The notes under the pieces: model-generated
Databases searched by the model: none
Seen by the model: the letters and a program-made list of their open reading frames with translations, nothing else
What the model was told of the DNA's origin: nothing
Program-made: the position numbers and the translations under genes
Origin: Schmidtea polychroa
Lineage: Eukaryota
Direction: 5' to 3'
DNA: 64,000 bases
NCBI GenBank assembly: GCA_044892525.1
Contig: CM097888.1
Coordinates: 65,534,001 to 65,598,000, forward strand
Shown: positions 14,301-62,915 of the stretch, in pieces
Layout: every line of letters starts with the position of its first letter
How positions within the stretch are numbered: position 1 is the first letter of the stretch

Positions 14301-17300
14301 CTTACATTAAATTGAAATAATTCCAAAATAAATTTCAAGCATAAAATCCTTTAAAAACTGAAAAAGTAATTAAAAATAAATTATAATAGAAATTTTGACT
14401 AAAAATAATATTTAGGAACTTGAAAAATGATCTCATAATTATATAAAATCAAACTTCAAGCCTTTAAATTTATTTAAAATTAAAAACTTACTTGAATGCC
14501 ATTTCTAAAATGGCTAAAATAAATTGAATAAAATTCATTTTTGCATATGAGAGTCACTAATAATTGGTGTACACATCACATCAACCACCATTATAGAAAC
14601 CGCATCTCAGTGGTTTCTGGTGAAATATAGATAGTTCACCGGTTTGCACTGAATAAACGCGTCTATAATGTAAAAATAAAATCAATACGTGTATATTATA
14701 TAAACATACAAACTTACCTGTGTTTTGATTTTTAGCGTTGCAATGAATAAACTCATTTAATATAGAAAGTGGTAGAAAAAATAAACTGACACACAAAATC
14801 ACAATACATAGTACAAAATGCATGCAAATTTTCGATATGTAGAATCGTTGTAATGAATAAATCATTTACATTTTTCTACTTACATTTTTAGAAATAAATG
14901 ACAGATAAAATTTTGACAAAAATTCCGAAAACTCAATTTCGAGTTGTATAGATAATAAAGACATTATTTCGTAAGATTTATCTTCAATTTTTAATAAATT
15001 TAATATTAGTTTTTTTAATAGAACATGACAAAATTCGACTAATTACTTTATTTATTTATAGTTAAAAATATATCTGACTTACATATCGAAATAATTCCAA
15101 ATAACTTCATAAAATTTCATAAAAATCCTAATAACCTTGAAATTTAATTATAATTTATAATAAAATTGTTGATAAAAAGTAATATTTAAGAGCTTGAATA
15201 ATGATCTCATATCTCATAATGATTACATTGAATACATTCCATCACAAATTATGACGAATCTATAATATGGGTTGTACGCACCAACCCATATTATAGATGC
15301 GTTTATTCAGTGCAAACGGGTGTAAAAGCATAACTTTTACAAAATCGTTAGCAAAATCGATTATAGATAAAAATTATTTTTTGAGCTGTTAATATTTTTG
15401 AGAATTTTAAAGGGTTCCATTATTAATAAAATTAATCAGCATCGATTGATATACAAATGAATAGAGTCGAACTAGTTGAAGAAACCTTTGAAGATTTTAA
15501 ATATTTTTAAAAAGGCAGTAATTTTTTAAAACATTTAATATAAAAATGTTGTCAAGCTTTCTAACGTCACACTACTGTTATTCAATACATATTCACAAAC
15601 GCATTAGTGTAGCATATAGTTAGAAACAAGAGAAATTTAAATGAAAAAGGATATTAGCACAGTGACTATATTTAACACATTTGAAAATGAATACGTATAA
15701 TTTTCTGCTTTCGTTTATTTACTACTTAAAAAAACATTCTTCACTAAAGCTGCGATAGCTTGTTGTTTCATGGTTGATTATTGCAATCAAAAAGTCCAAA
15801 TAATTTGAATACGTACTTTATTAATCACACAAAAGAATATAATAACATATTATGTTAAAATTACCGCATCGTAATATGTTTCACTATGAAGTGTTGATTC
15901 CAGTGATGCATAACGATCTCGAAGTTCAATAATATTACGCAATATTGTAAAACTCATTATAACTATTATGTTCGTAAATCTAGTAACAAACTTTATTTTC
16001 ATAATATTTATTTACTTTTGATATTTCAGCTTTAATATCATTTACCGTAAAATGAAGATTCAAACTCCGGAATATTTAAATAACTTAATTTTGAAATGCA
16101 ACTCGACTGTTTAACAAAACAAGTTTATTTTAAATTTATCAAAATTAAATTTCATTAATTAATTTTTATATAATGTAGACCATTTTTTTATCATGTGAAT
16201 TTAATTGTTTTCTATGGTAACCCGACAAAAGCGTGCAGGACTAATTAAAAAACTTTTAGAAGATTTTTGAGGATTTTATTAAGAATCGACCAATGCCCTT
16301 ACGACCAGTACCCATAGTGGGACAAAACATCCTGTCGGATAAACTCAGACTATATAATAATTTCTATCTTTGCGCGCTTTTGTTACGGCGCCATTTTCTA
16401 TATATAGTTTATTTAATTATTGCTGTCCCTTTGAAAATTAATTAAAAATTTGAAATCATTCTCCAAGTTATTTAATCCATGAAAGCCATGGAGCTCAAAT
16501 TTTCAACAGTTATAACATAATTTCTTATCGGTTTCAGCAATTTAAAAAATAATATTTTTATGAAGCTATCAATTTACATGATTATAATTAGAAAATTATT
16601 TAGTGCAAATTATGTTATTTTTTGTCATTTTATGTCTAGTATTGAATATTGGTTTCGTTGCATGGATTTGGACGGAGATGGAATTTTATCACTTTATGAA
16701 TTGGATTATTTTTACCAAGAGCAGTTATTCCGAATGGAAGAAATGGGAATTGAACCAATTAGTTTCGAAGATTGTATATGTCAAATGATGGACATGATTA
16801 AACCAAAAGAAGAAAATAAAATCCGTTTATCAGATCTTAAAAATTGTCGATTAGTATCGATATTTTTTGATACATTTTTTAATTTGACCAAATACCTTGA
16901 ACATGAACAACGAGATCCATTTACAAATTTAAAAGTATAACCTAAAGTTTCGTAAAAATCTGATTTAGTATGATGATCTTAGGATTTAGAAGAAGGTCTT
17001 AACGAAATGTCTGATTGGGATCGATATGCATCCGAAGCATATGAAATCTTAGTAGCAGAAGATGGTTCACAGGATAATTATAATGATAAGTAAGCTTATA
17101 ATAAATATACAAAATCGAGTTCAAATATAATTTTGAACTGTGTTAAAATAAATTAAATTCAAAATGTAATATTCAATAAATTTTTGAAAGATTTTCGCCT
17201 TTTTATGATTTCATTATGGAAATTATTGAAATTTGATCTTATCAACAAACAAAATATTTATAAAATAATTAATTGTATATATCAATGATTTAAATAACGA

Positions 17301-19548
17301 AATTTACTGTCATTTTCAGTTGACATAGCTATTAAACAAAATGTATTTTTTGATAATTGTTCGGGTCTAAAATAAAACTAATAAAAATAATAATCAATAA
17401 ATTTGAAGAACTTTTACTGAAAGCATTTTAAGAATTCCTGAAAGAATAATACCAAAAATAAAATACTGGTTTTACGATTTGTGATTGCTTCTAACTCATG
17501 TAGAATAAGTTGTTGACATTTTTATATAAATATATGCAATAAATACCATATACTAGTTGGTATGAGTTATTATTTCGTTTGTAAATTCTTTTGTCTAATA
17601 TCTAAATAGACTATATAAAACAATAAAGTGATAATTTAAGCCATGCTGCGAATAATGTATTTAATGAAAAAAATTTCGACTATAAGATAGTTCTTGTCAA
17701 TCACCTGGAATTTAGCATTCCTCTTCCCGAGGATACATTTCGATCTTTATTTTATTCCCTTTTGGTTAAAAATATAATATAATGATATATTTTTTTTTCT
17801 AAAGAATTTTTAAAAAATTTTATTTAAAATTAAATATCCTCTAAGACTATATATAAATATTATTATATAGTTTAACACTGTTAAAAATTTGTGCTGACAG
17901 AAAAGTATTAATCTATAACCTGAAAAGAAAGGAAGATAACTGACAATGAAAGTTGATAAATGGTTTAAAGAATAAAATATTTATAAATTTTTTTTTTCGT
18001 TAGAGATTTTCAATTACAAATATAATATTACCATTAAATCAAAAGTGTTAAATATAATTAATTTTTTCTGGTTTAAAAATAATAAAAATATTAGTCAAAC
18101 AATATTTCTTGAAAATAAAAAATTTTCACTTTGTTATTACTATATAATTAAATCGTAAAATATAAAATATATATTTTCATATAATTAAATCAAATTATAA
18201 ATATGTAAATTGTTATAATTGATGTAAAGAATTTTTTGAACAAATATAATTTATTTTATTAAAACAAATTTTTATAACTGAAATTTAATTATGGTGTATA
18301 TTTATAAGAGTTGCATTTATATGCCTTAAGTTGTTCATTTATATAGAAATTGTTTAAAGGCGTAAGTGTGAAATCTATGGCTAAGTGAAATTATGCAACA
18401 CAGTTCGCAAAAATGATTACTTTTTATAAATTTTTTATTAATATTTTATTTATTTGACGTCATTTACTTGAATGAAAGTATAACGTATTACTGTCCTTGC
18501 AAGACAATTGCGGTTTCTAAATGGTTTGAGGTGTTAGGATTAAGGCTGTCAATGGTTACCCGGGTATTTAAATCGTTCCGTTTATAATTCAAATTCGAAA
18601 TAATAACATTTTATTCAAAACAGTAAAGATAGTAGCCAAAATGGCAAAATTCAGCAATTATTCAAAGAAAAAAGTTTGTTAGATTCGTGCATCAGTTGTT
18701 GGCTACTGTCGTTCTGCGCCATGCAAGCTGATCGCTTGCTGTTATCTATATCTTCCTACAATAACAAGGTACATGATGTTACAGGTTAGTGCTATTTCAT
18801 ATCAAGATTGTGGCGTGGACGGGTATTCGGTTGCCCATCTGTCGAGCGGACGGGTAACCGGGCGCGCCTTTTCCAACGTTTTGCCAGCCTTAGTTAGGAT
18901 ATTTATAATTGTTTCTGGGATTTTAAATTAGTATGAAGTAGTAGACTTAGTTTAGATTAGCTAACTTTCAAGCTTATAATAAATAGTCCTTTATATTATC
19001 ATAAGATTATTACTTTAAAAAAAATTGTATTTTTGTTTCTTAAAATTGGCGCCTTATGCAANNNNNNNNNNNNNNNNNNNNNNNNNNNNNNNNNNNNNNN
19101 NNNNNNNNNNNNNNNNNNNNNNNNNNNNNNNNNNNNNNNNNNNNNNNNNNNNNNNNNNNNNNNNNNNNNNNNNNNNNNNNNNNNNNNNNNNNNNNNNNNN
19201 NNNNNNNNNNNNNNNNNNNNNNNNNNNNNNNNNNNNNNNNNNNNNNNNNNNNNNNNNNTTAACTATCAGCATTTATTAAAGATTTCAAAAATTTAAAGGT
19301 AAATGCACAATTAAATTAATTTATTGTTTCGATTCAGCTATCGTGAATCAAATCAGACTTTTAGAAACTCGTGTAATACTCGAGATGATGAAGCTGTTTA
19401 TGAAAATGTAAGCACCAAGTTAAATGTGTCAGGGAAAAAACCAGAGAAAATCTATGAATCATCGAGATATAATGATTTTGTCAATGATAAATTATCCGAA
19501 ATGACTGATAGTTCGTCCCCATCACAGTTTGCAGTGGGAAACAATTAG
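2397..19548 (+). CDS. PPP2R3: Serine/threonine phosphatase 2A regulatory subunit B'' (PR72/PR130/PR70 family, EF-hand), 5'-partial
   Basis: Exons 2397-2503, 2551-2653, 10911-11229, 13434-13482, 13529-13615, 16640-16934, 16983-17089, 19338-19548. All introns are GT-AG and the phases are consistent. Family motifs: PLYWK, HPGLTFL, FSYEHFYVIYCKFWELD, RIFSGAV, FVWFLLSEEDK, SIEYWFRCMDLDGDG, EQRDPF, SDWDRYA. The last exon is inferred from splice phase only. Confidence 0.93.
3400..5280 (-). mobile_element. Degraded hAT transposon in PP2A intron
   Basis: The minus strand near 3930-4080 reads ...IPLSNDSGERSFTVLKRMKNYLRSTMG (hAT dimerisation domain). ORF 4479-4781 lies upstream on the same strand. Degenerate end-like motifs aagtagcggatc (about 3400) and gtccgcttacag (about 5278). 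No TSD; boundaries approximate. Confidence 0.65.
6462..9159 (-). mobile_element. hAT DNA transposon, 2698 bp, nearly complete but with a disrupted transposase (PRKRIR/ZMYM1-like)
   Basis: Perfect 14-bp TIR caggggcgtagcca / tggctacgcccctg. 8-bp TSD attagatg / attaaatg (7/8). Minus-strand pieces 8640-8918, 8161-8397, 7586-7783 and 6565-7467 carry the TTF Zn finger (FPWLAYS...FCKFC), ADET, YDGA, CMSH and LERSFS motifs. Confidence 0.93.
9565..9787. mobile_element. Degenerate hAT-type MITE inside the pPolB relic
   Basis: Ends caagaccagatt / atccagccctg, internal ggtgccctgaggc repeats, TSD cctgttgc / tctgtagc (6/8). Removing it restores DDLPVA-TNKM. Confidence 0.65.
13073..13153. mobile_element. 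Short degraded Charlie/Buster-type hAT MITE
   Basis: Ends tagggattctaaagct / actttgagaaactttg; TSD-like tcctagaa / ttctagac. Confidence 0.45.
13935..14870. repeat. Two diverged copies of an unclassified interspersed repeat
   Basis: 13935-14115 and 14700-14870 share catacaaact...aaagtggtagaaaaa...catgcaaa.tttcgatat.tagaa. Related sequence occurs in opposite orientation at 49345-49405 and 50010-50270. Confidence 0.6.
16270..16350. repeat. Fragment related to the internal region of the 45212-45590 element (inverted)
   Basis: cgaccagtacccatagtgggacaaaacatcctgtcggataaactc matches the reverse complement of 45433-45480. Confidence 0.7.
18541..18892. mobile_element. hAT (Ac-like) MITE, 352 bp
   Basis: TIR taaggctg / cagcctta, perfect 8-bp TSD gttaggat, subterminal acgggta-like repeats. 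Confidence 0.9.
19062..19258. other. Assembly gap (N run) in PP2A intron
   Basis: Run of N. Confidence 1.
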
Positions 19549-19586
19549 TCACTACTTAATTTTTTGTTGTCTATAATCTTCTATAT

Positions 19587-19592
19587 AATAAA
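19587..19592 (+). promoter_or_regulatory. Candidate polyadenylation signal of the PP2A B'' gene
   Basis: AATAAA about 40 nt after the inferred stop codon; weak evidence in AT-rich DNA. Confidence 0.35.
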
Positions 19593-19869
19593 ATGTTAAT
19601 TATAAATAATATCTTGTCTTTGTGTTTAATTATGTTTAATTATATTATCCTAATTAATCCTATTGGATAATTCCAGCTCAATTTATAAAATTTATTTACC
19701 AATTTATTGGTAAACATAAACAAGAGACGTGCTACATTGTTTGTATTTTCAAAGGCTTTCATATTTCTATTTATACGGAAAAGAATCAAAATTTTTGATG
19801 TTCTGCTGTTTATTTTTAATTTTCTACTTAAACGACACATTATCGGCTTATACATAAAGGCCTAAATTG

Positions 19870-20300
19870 ACTTGAAGTTACAGTAGTCGACAAAAATGCT
19901 CTCGATTGTCTTATGGCGTATTTGTTACACATGTGGATGTTACATACATTACCTCTATAAAATTGTGGACGAGGAACCAAGGGAAGAGCCACTATGAGTT
20001 CAAGAAACTCCATTCTTAATTTAAAGTCATCAATGAAAACCGAATTGACCTAAGTTGATATCACATTTACACAGGCAAATAATACGAATATACCTTCTTA
20101 CCAATGAAGATGTCACTTATGCTTACGATCTGAAGACAGAAAATCGAAAATAAAATGTGCAAATTGTGACCGATTTGTGTGTCACAGCCACCGTGACTTT
20201 TTAAAACTTATTAATTGTCATACGTGCGCTCTAATTTTTTTTCTCAATTATTGTATGAAATATGTCGCGTTTTTGTGGGACGTATCCCACAGGTTTGTAA
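19870..20300 (+). mobile_element. piggyBac transposase 3' relic
   Basis: SRQKCSRLSYGVF resembles the RRxxRWPMxxF region. RCHLCLRSEDRKSKIKCANCDRFVCHSH (about 20107-20190) is a piggyBac-type cysteine-rich domain. Palindromic subterminal gtgggacgtatcccac follows. Confidence 0.75.
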
Positions 20301-21898
20301 CCTACATATATGATGCAATATTTTTATTTTGAGCATAAACCACACACGTCTACAAACATGGAAACTTTATTAGTGTATAATTTTTTTGCTCCTAATAATA
20401 CACATTTTCTTCAATAAATTATTTTAATAAATAGTTTTTATACAGTTACGATTTAAGATCACGCTGAGAAATATGAAGTTACTTAAATGCACCTCATTCA
20501 CCTATACTCTGCTAAACCTCACATCGAGATGCCTCTTTGACTTTTCGTGGTAAAGAATCGATATTCTATTTTTATGTTCAAATGTTAAATTTTTAAATCT
20601 ATATGTTTACAAAGTATTGTCTGTTTCGGCCTTCCTCAAATTCCAAAAATCCCATAATATAATAAAAATAGAAAATGAGTTTATCAGCAAAATGAATAAA
20701 ATTTTAATATGAATGCCAATTCTTTTGCTACGTGAAAATTTTTAATTATAAAATAATCCTTTTAATCAATCCATTTAAGAACTTAAGTGGAAAAATGTTT
20801 TCTTTTTTAAAATTTACTGCTTTCATATTGGTTGTAATTTTGAATAAATAAAATGAAATTTAAAATTCTTGAAAAATTATTTTAAAACCGGAATTCAATA
20901 TTTCAATTTCTATTCCCTGACATTCTGCAATTTAATTAATTTTTTAAAAAGTCACCAATAAATATATCCAACTATATTTTCAAAATCTTGAAAATTGAAA
21001 GATTGTAAATTTTCCTTTTTTATAAGAAATCAAATATACCAACAGAGTCAACAATGAGTTTGATGTCAATGTCTTCTTCCCTATTTTTGATTGTTCGTTT
21101 ATGAATAGAATATATTTATAAATCGGAGATTTTTTTGAATGTTAAAGGCTAAAATTTTTATTGATAATATTTCCCCTTCCCTAGCTCATTGTTGAACATT
21201 TTCCAGAATCATCCAAATATCTAACTCCTTCGTACAAATTCATGGGGCGATTACAATTTACATTCGTTTGTAAGCGGCTCACATCATGCTGTAGACAATA
21301 TATTTGTAAAAGTATATCTTCAGTGACTGTAAATTTCACGTCATGTAAATGTCGTGTAAATATAATAAATTTTAAATTTAAGTTCATTTTAAAATGTCCT
21401 GATTTCAGAAAATATATTCCATCCTATTTTATTTTAATTTAACAGTTAGCCCACATTTTGCATTTTTTATTATCTGGTAACCCAAACTACCAATGACATC
21501 AATAATGGGTTAAACAAGAAATTTGTATTTTAGAAATTTTTTAAGTAAATTTAATCAATATCCAGTTATATTTTAATTAAATACTTTATTCCATGCAATA
21601 GAAAACTATTATTTGAATTATTCTGTAAAATTGTAATTAAAAATATTGCCAATTTGTCCTTTATAAATTACAAATATTTTGAAATGGTACCAATTAAAAC
21701 TCCAAAAAATAGTCGCATGATCTGTCCAATCATATGCAAAGTAACATTTTTTCAGAATCAAATAATACTATTAAACAAAACTAAAAATTGTAAATTTATC
21801 ATAGATTAGTTTTTCACAAAAAGTAAAATTGAGCAATTTCATGATCAGCAACACCGATTTATAAAAGCGAGGGAAAAAATATTCAGTAAAAATTAATC

Positions 21899-23347
21899 CT
21901 AAATATCTGTATAAATCAAACGAACAATTTTTTCCATACTATCAAAATTTAAAGAAATAATCCGATAATCATCAAATTGAACCGTTTCGAATGAGTATTT
22001 GATTCCGAACGGTAAATCTTTATCGGCAATTTTGATAATGTTCGACTTGGACAGCTGGATTTGAGTGTTGAAATTGAACAGCACGTAATGCCGATTTCGT
22101 CGTCGTTGCTGTTGACTTTCACTACTATTGACAAATACATTTCTAATCACCAATGGACAATGAAAAACGGTTTCATGGCAGCAATCGGTTTTCAATTTCA
22201 ATTTTATCAACTCTTCGAATTCAACAAACACGGCACCATTGTCATGAGATTTCTCTTCGGTGATCGATAACAACACTATTTGCGGCTCTATAGATTTAAT
22301 CGATTTAGCATAATAGACAAAATCCAACAACGTTAACGAATTCATTAAATATGAATCGATTAAAAACTTCCACTCGTTGTTTTCCAAAATAAAATACGCT
22401 TCACGAAAATAATGGATAATTCTGTCAAGGCTCAATTTGTTGATGTTTCGAGCGCAATTCTGTTGAGGCATTGCTGGCGTTAAAATCGTCACAATTCCGT
22501 TTTTGCGAGTGAGAAAATTCGGACTCCGTTTAACAATTTCTCGAACATTATCAACAAATTTCTCATTGCCAATATTGATGGTTTGAGTTGACCAATTCAA
22601 TTCAGCGTAATAGCGAAAGAAAGCATAAAGATATCCAATCACAGTTGACGATTCCTGTTGACATTTATGAAATATGCTAGCTAACATTATTGCTAAAGAT
22701 GTTCCATTTAAAAATTTTGATGTCGATTTGTAATATATTAATTTAAATATTGCCCACTTTTTTAAATGGAATAAAGTTTCTTGATAAATAGAGAATAAAT
22801 CGCCCAAATAATCACGTATTAATAAACTATTTCTAAGGCTATTTAATGCTAAAATCGATTTTAAATCCATTTGTTCGAGTAAATTCTCAGACGGATTTCT
22901 CAAATCAAAAATTGGTTTCTTAGCCATGCAATATTGAGATGGAAGAAAACAGAGGAGGAAATCAAATGAATTATTTGATATTACCAATTCTAATACAGGA
23001 ATTAATCTGGTGGATAAGTTTGCTATAACTTGGAAATTTCCCGTTTTATTAAGAAAAGGAACTAGTGATTCATACACTTTATTAAGTTTAATAATACCTG
23101 GAAGGCATAATACAAAATCTTTAGGATTGTCAGGATATGATTTATGATATGTTATTGAACCAACAGGAAATAAATAAAAATACATGTTTTCTGAGTTTAA
23201 TTCAATTTCTTTTAAAAACCCTTTCATCCATTCAAAGATTTTATTTACTGTATAACTTAAGGCAGCAGTACCATTTTCGTTGGGTTGAAAATATTCTTCT
23301 TGTTCAACTATACATAAATTATCTACATGATCCATCTGAGAGTCCAT
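21899..23347 (-). CDS. Divergent canonical poly(A) polymerase-like protein (482 aa), first catalytic Asp substituted
   Basis: Uninterrupted ORF. Collinear PAP motifs: FPVGS...PKDFVL (vs FTFGS...DIDAL), SFDFLL (vs EIDIL), LALNSLR (vs RSLNGCR), LKKWA..IY, FLNGTSLAIMLA, ILTPAMPQQNC (vs IITPAYPQQNS). Confidence 0.85.
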   Translation of the reverse strand: MDSQMDHVDNLCIVEQEEYFQPNENGTAALSYTVNKIFEWMKGFLKEIELNSENMYFYLFPVGSITYHKSYPDNPKDFVLCLPGIIKLNKVYESLVPFLNKTGNFQVIANLSTRLIPVLELVISNNSFDFLLCFLPSQYCMAKKPIFDLRNPSENLLEQMDLKSILALNSLRNSLLIRDYLGDLFSIYQETLFHLKKWAIFKLIYYKSTSKFLNGTSLAIMLASIFHKCQQESSTVIGYLYAFFRYYAELNWSTQTINIGNEKFVDNVREIVKRSPNFLTRKNGIVTILTPAMPQQNCARNINKLSLDRIIHYFREAYFILENNEWKFLIDSYLMNSLTLLDFVYYAKSIKSIEPQIVLLSITEEKSHDNGAVFVEFEELIKLKLKTDCCHETVFHCPLVIRNVFVNSSESQQQRRRNRHYVLFNFNTQIQLSKSNIIKIADKDLPFGIKYSFETVQFDDYRIISLNFDSMEKIVRLIYTDI

Positions 23348-25269
23348 TACACGAATAAATATCTATTTCAGAAATAATAGAAAATAAATGAAAATGTAAA
23401 ATCTTTCGTTTAAAATTATTAATATGCGTAAATTATAAAGAATCTTAATGATTAATTCAAATTATTTTAAAAAATATATAAGTAAAATTTTGAAAGGAAC
23501 ATATAAGTTAAACAAAGTAATTAGTTGTTGATTAATATAAAAATTGGAAAGAAATTTCAAACATATTAAAATTAAGTACAAATAATGATCGAAGACAACA
23601 TTGGCGTGAGCTTATTAATACCAAAGCTAATTTATAGAAATTAAACTAAATTTTTTTTGAATTATTTTATATGGAGTCAAATCGATCTAACATTCACATA
23701 ATTGAATAATTTCTTAAAATTACACAAAACTAAATATGAAAAGTGTAAATTCTTTTACAAATTAACAATGTTAAGAGCATTTGGAATGTAACTGGAAATT
23801 GAACCCATAAAATGATGTGTGTAGAAATTGGTTGAGAATTGATATTACTGGTGGGTTACGAGTAGGCAAACTTTCGCTTTTTGAAACTGATTTAACACTC
23901 TCTTTCACTCTATTCGCGTCATCCTGGCAACCACGTATATTAATTTTATTTGACCACTAAACGCCCGTCACAAGCGACGTTGGTACTGCACTTTAGTCAG
24001 TGACTGTCGTCAAAAGGTGACCTCTACAACTAGAACTAATAATGATCCGACGAATCGCTGGGTTCATAGGCTACCGTAGAAGATCTCGTGCCTTGTTTTA
24101 CATAGTCCATTTATCATTTCCCTACGTACTCCATCTCTTATTAGTCGCCATATACTCCGAATCTTTAAAATAAAGACCTTCGCTTAAACAGTTGTTGAAA
24201 GATCAAACAAAATTTTCAAGATAATAAAATTTGAATTCCCTGAGATTAGGTTGAAAAAATTAAGTAATAATTGTTTATTTCATGTGGCGAAGTGTTTTAC
24301 AAACATTATTATGTCCCTAAAGTCAATTAAATTTTCTTCTTCGATTTAATGTGTTCCTATCTTATGGGTTACTTGGTTTACTATTTAAAATTCGTTTACT
24401 TCACACTTAACCCGACATATAAAGAACTCTAATGACCAATCAATTCGTCACAAGTGGAGATTTCGGCAAGAAACGAAGTTTCGGGGTTGGCCTACCTGCT
24501 TCACTTGCACTCCTCTTTCCAGATCAGCAGGGGTTAGATCCGACTAAGCCCGGGTATATTTCCGTATGTTGTACATGGATATTTTACAAAACCAAAGGAA
24601 AAGAAATTAATTATAATTGCATATAAATATTATTAACAGTGAAATTGATTTATGGAAAACAAGCGTTACATTTGCGAAAAGATATCTAGTTCCTCAGAAA
24701 AAAATTCAAATTTAAATTTTAACAAAAAAATTTCAATGGGTTCCTGATTGAGATATCATATTATATAATTATATTAAAACCAACTATTCGTTGTTTATCC
24801 ATACTATTCATATAAAAAGACGAAACCTTAAAACATATTCCTAGATAATTTATTAAATTTATGACATGATTAAACATAGGATTATCATAAGAATTTATAG
24901 ACACACTCTTCACTGAAATAGTATTGGTTTTCAAATTAAAGTAAAGAGTATATAATGTACAAAAATTAACATTTTCTATTTAAGCATCGCTATTTCCACC
25001 CGTCTGCATGGAATAATAACATCTATAATACAGTATATGTGAAAACCAATAGATACATCGTGCCCCCAAGAAATAGTGAGATTCGTATAGAAATAAATAA
25101 ATAAATGCAAATTCATATGTATGGTTCATTTCTCAAAATAATTTTCATTTGAATTATTTATATTTTTAACCAGCGTCTAATCAGGATTTTGAAGAAATTA
25201 GAAATCCTAAAATCCTAAAATCCGTCACTTTATCTTTCAAATTGTTAGAGCCAAATCCGGAGAAGATGG

Positions 25270-25560
25270 GGAAGTGCATTAAGTTCACTACTCTCAATTG
25301 TGTCCATTAAAATTGCATTTGTGTGAATTGAAGCGTAATCGTGTAAATAATATAGCCCAAATCACTTTAAGCTAAATCAACCAAAACAATGCCATTGGCA
25401 TACAAAATCACAATAAACACGAGAGCTTTCGATAACTTGTTGATGACCTCATCCTCTTAGAACAGACTTCTCCAGTCAGTTTCCCGTTTAGACTGTTAGA
25501 CATATAGTGAAAGTACTGTATCATTCATGGAAATAATATTATCCAAAAAACGCTCTCCAA
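25270..25560 (-). mobile_element. Degraded non-LTR (LINE) reverse transcriptase fragment
   Basis: The minus strand reads SLNGKLTGEV..KR and VILYANGIVLV (decayed YADD region). Probably extends towards 25930. Confidence 0.45.
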
Positions 25561-26117
25561 CATCGTCCAAAATCTGGAGGTTCTCTTCACAGCACTTGAG
25601 ATGTCGATTTTGTATTTCAGCAGTTAAACAAACGAAACAAGATCATTCTCTGTAACTTCACTGATTAATGTCAAAATAATGCCTTTACTCACATTCAGAC
25701 GCATTGTTAGTTTTATCGTTGCAATTATCCTCTCAGTCTTACAATCTCAAGTCTTCCGTTATTTTTTCTTTTATTTCACAAGCTTTTCCAGGGTTTGGCT
25801 CACTGTAAACGGAAGTTATAATTTTTTATTTGGTACCAAACAAAGATTAAATTTCACAAGTGTTAATCGTATTCTCTACAATAAAAAGCTAATATCCTGA
25901 ATTATTTTTAAGATAATGAAATTGCTTCTAGTACGAAGTAATTTGAGAAAAACCACTGCTCAAGATGATCAAAACTTAATAAATTATTTAAAAAAAAATA
26001 TATTAAAAATCGAAATGTGAATAAGTTATTTTATATACTATCTTAGATGAATAAAGATCTTGAGGGTCTCTTAAAAAATCACACTTAAAAACAGTATTGA
26101 TATGAAGTCGTTAAAGA

Positions 26118-62915
<36,798 letters not shown>

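Noticed and set aside
16207-16221. X-box-like gttttctatggtaac in a PP2A intron
   Set aside because: Spacing is off consensus and it is far from any known start site.
19025-19296. ORFs made of X residues (also near 50801, 53709, 58105)
   Set aside because: Read-through of N gaps.
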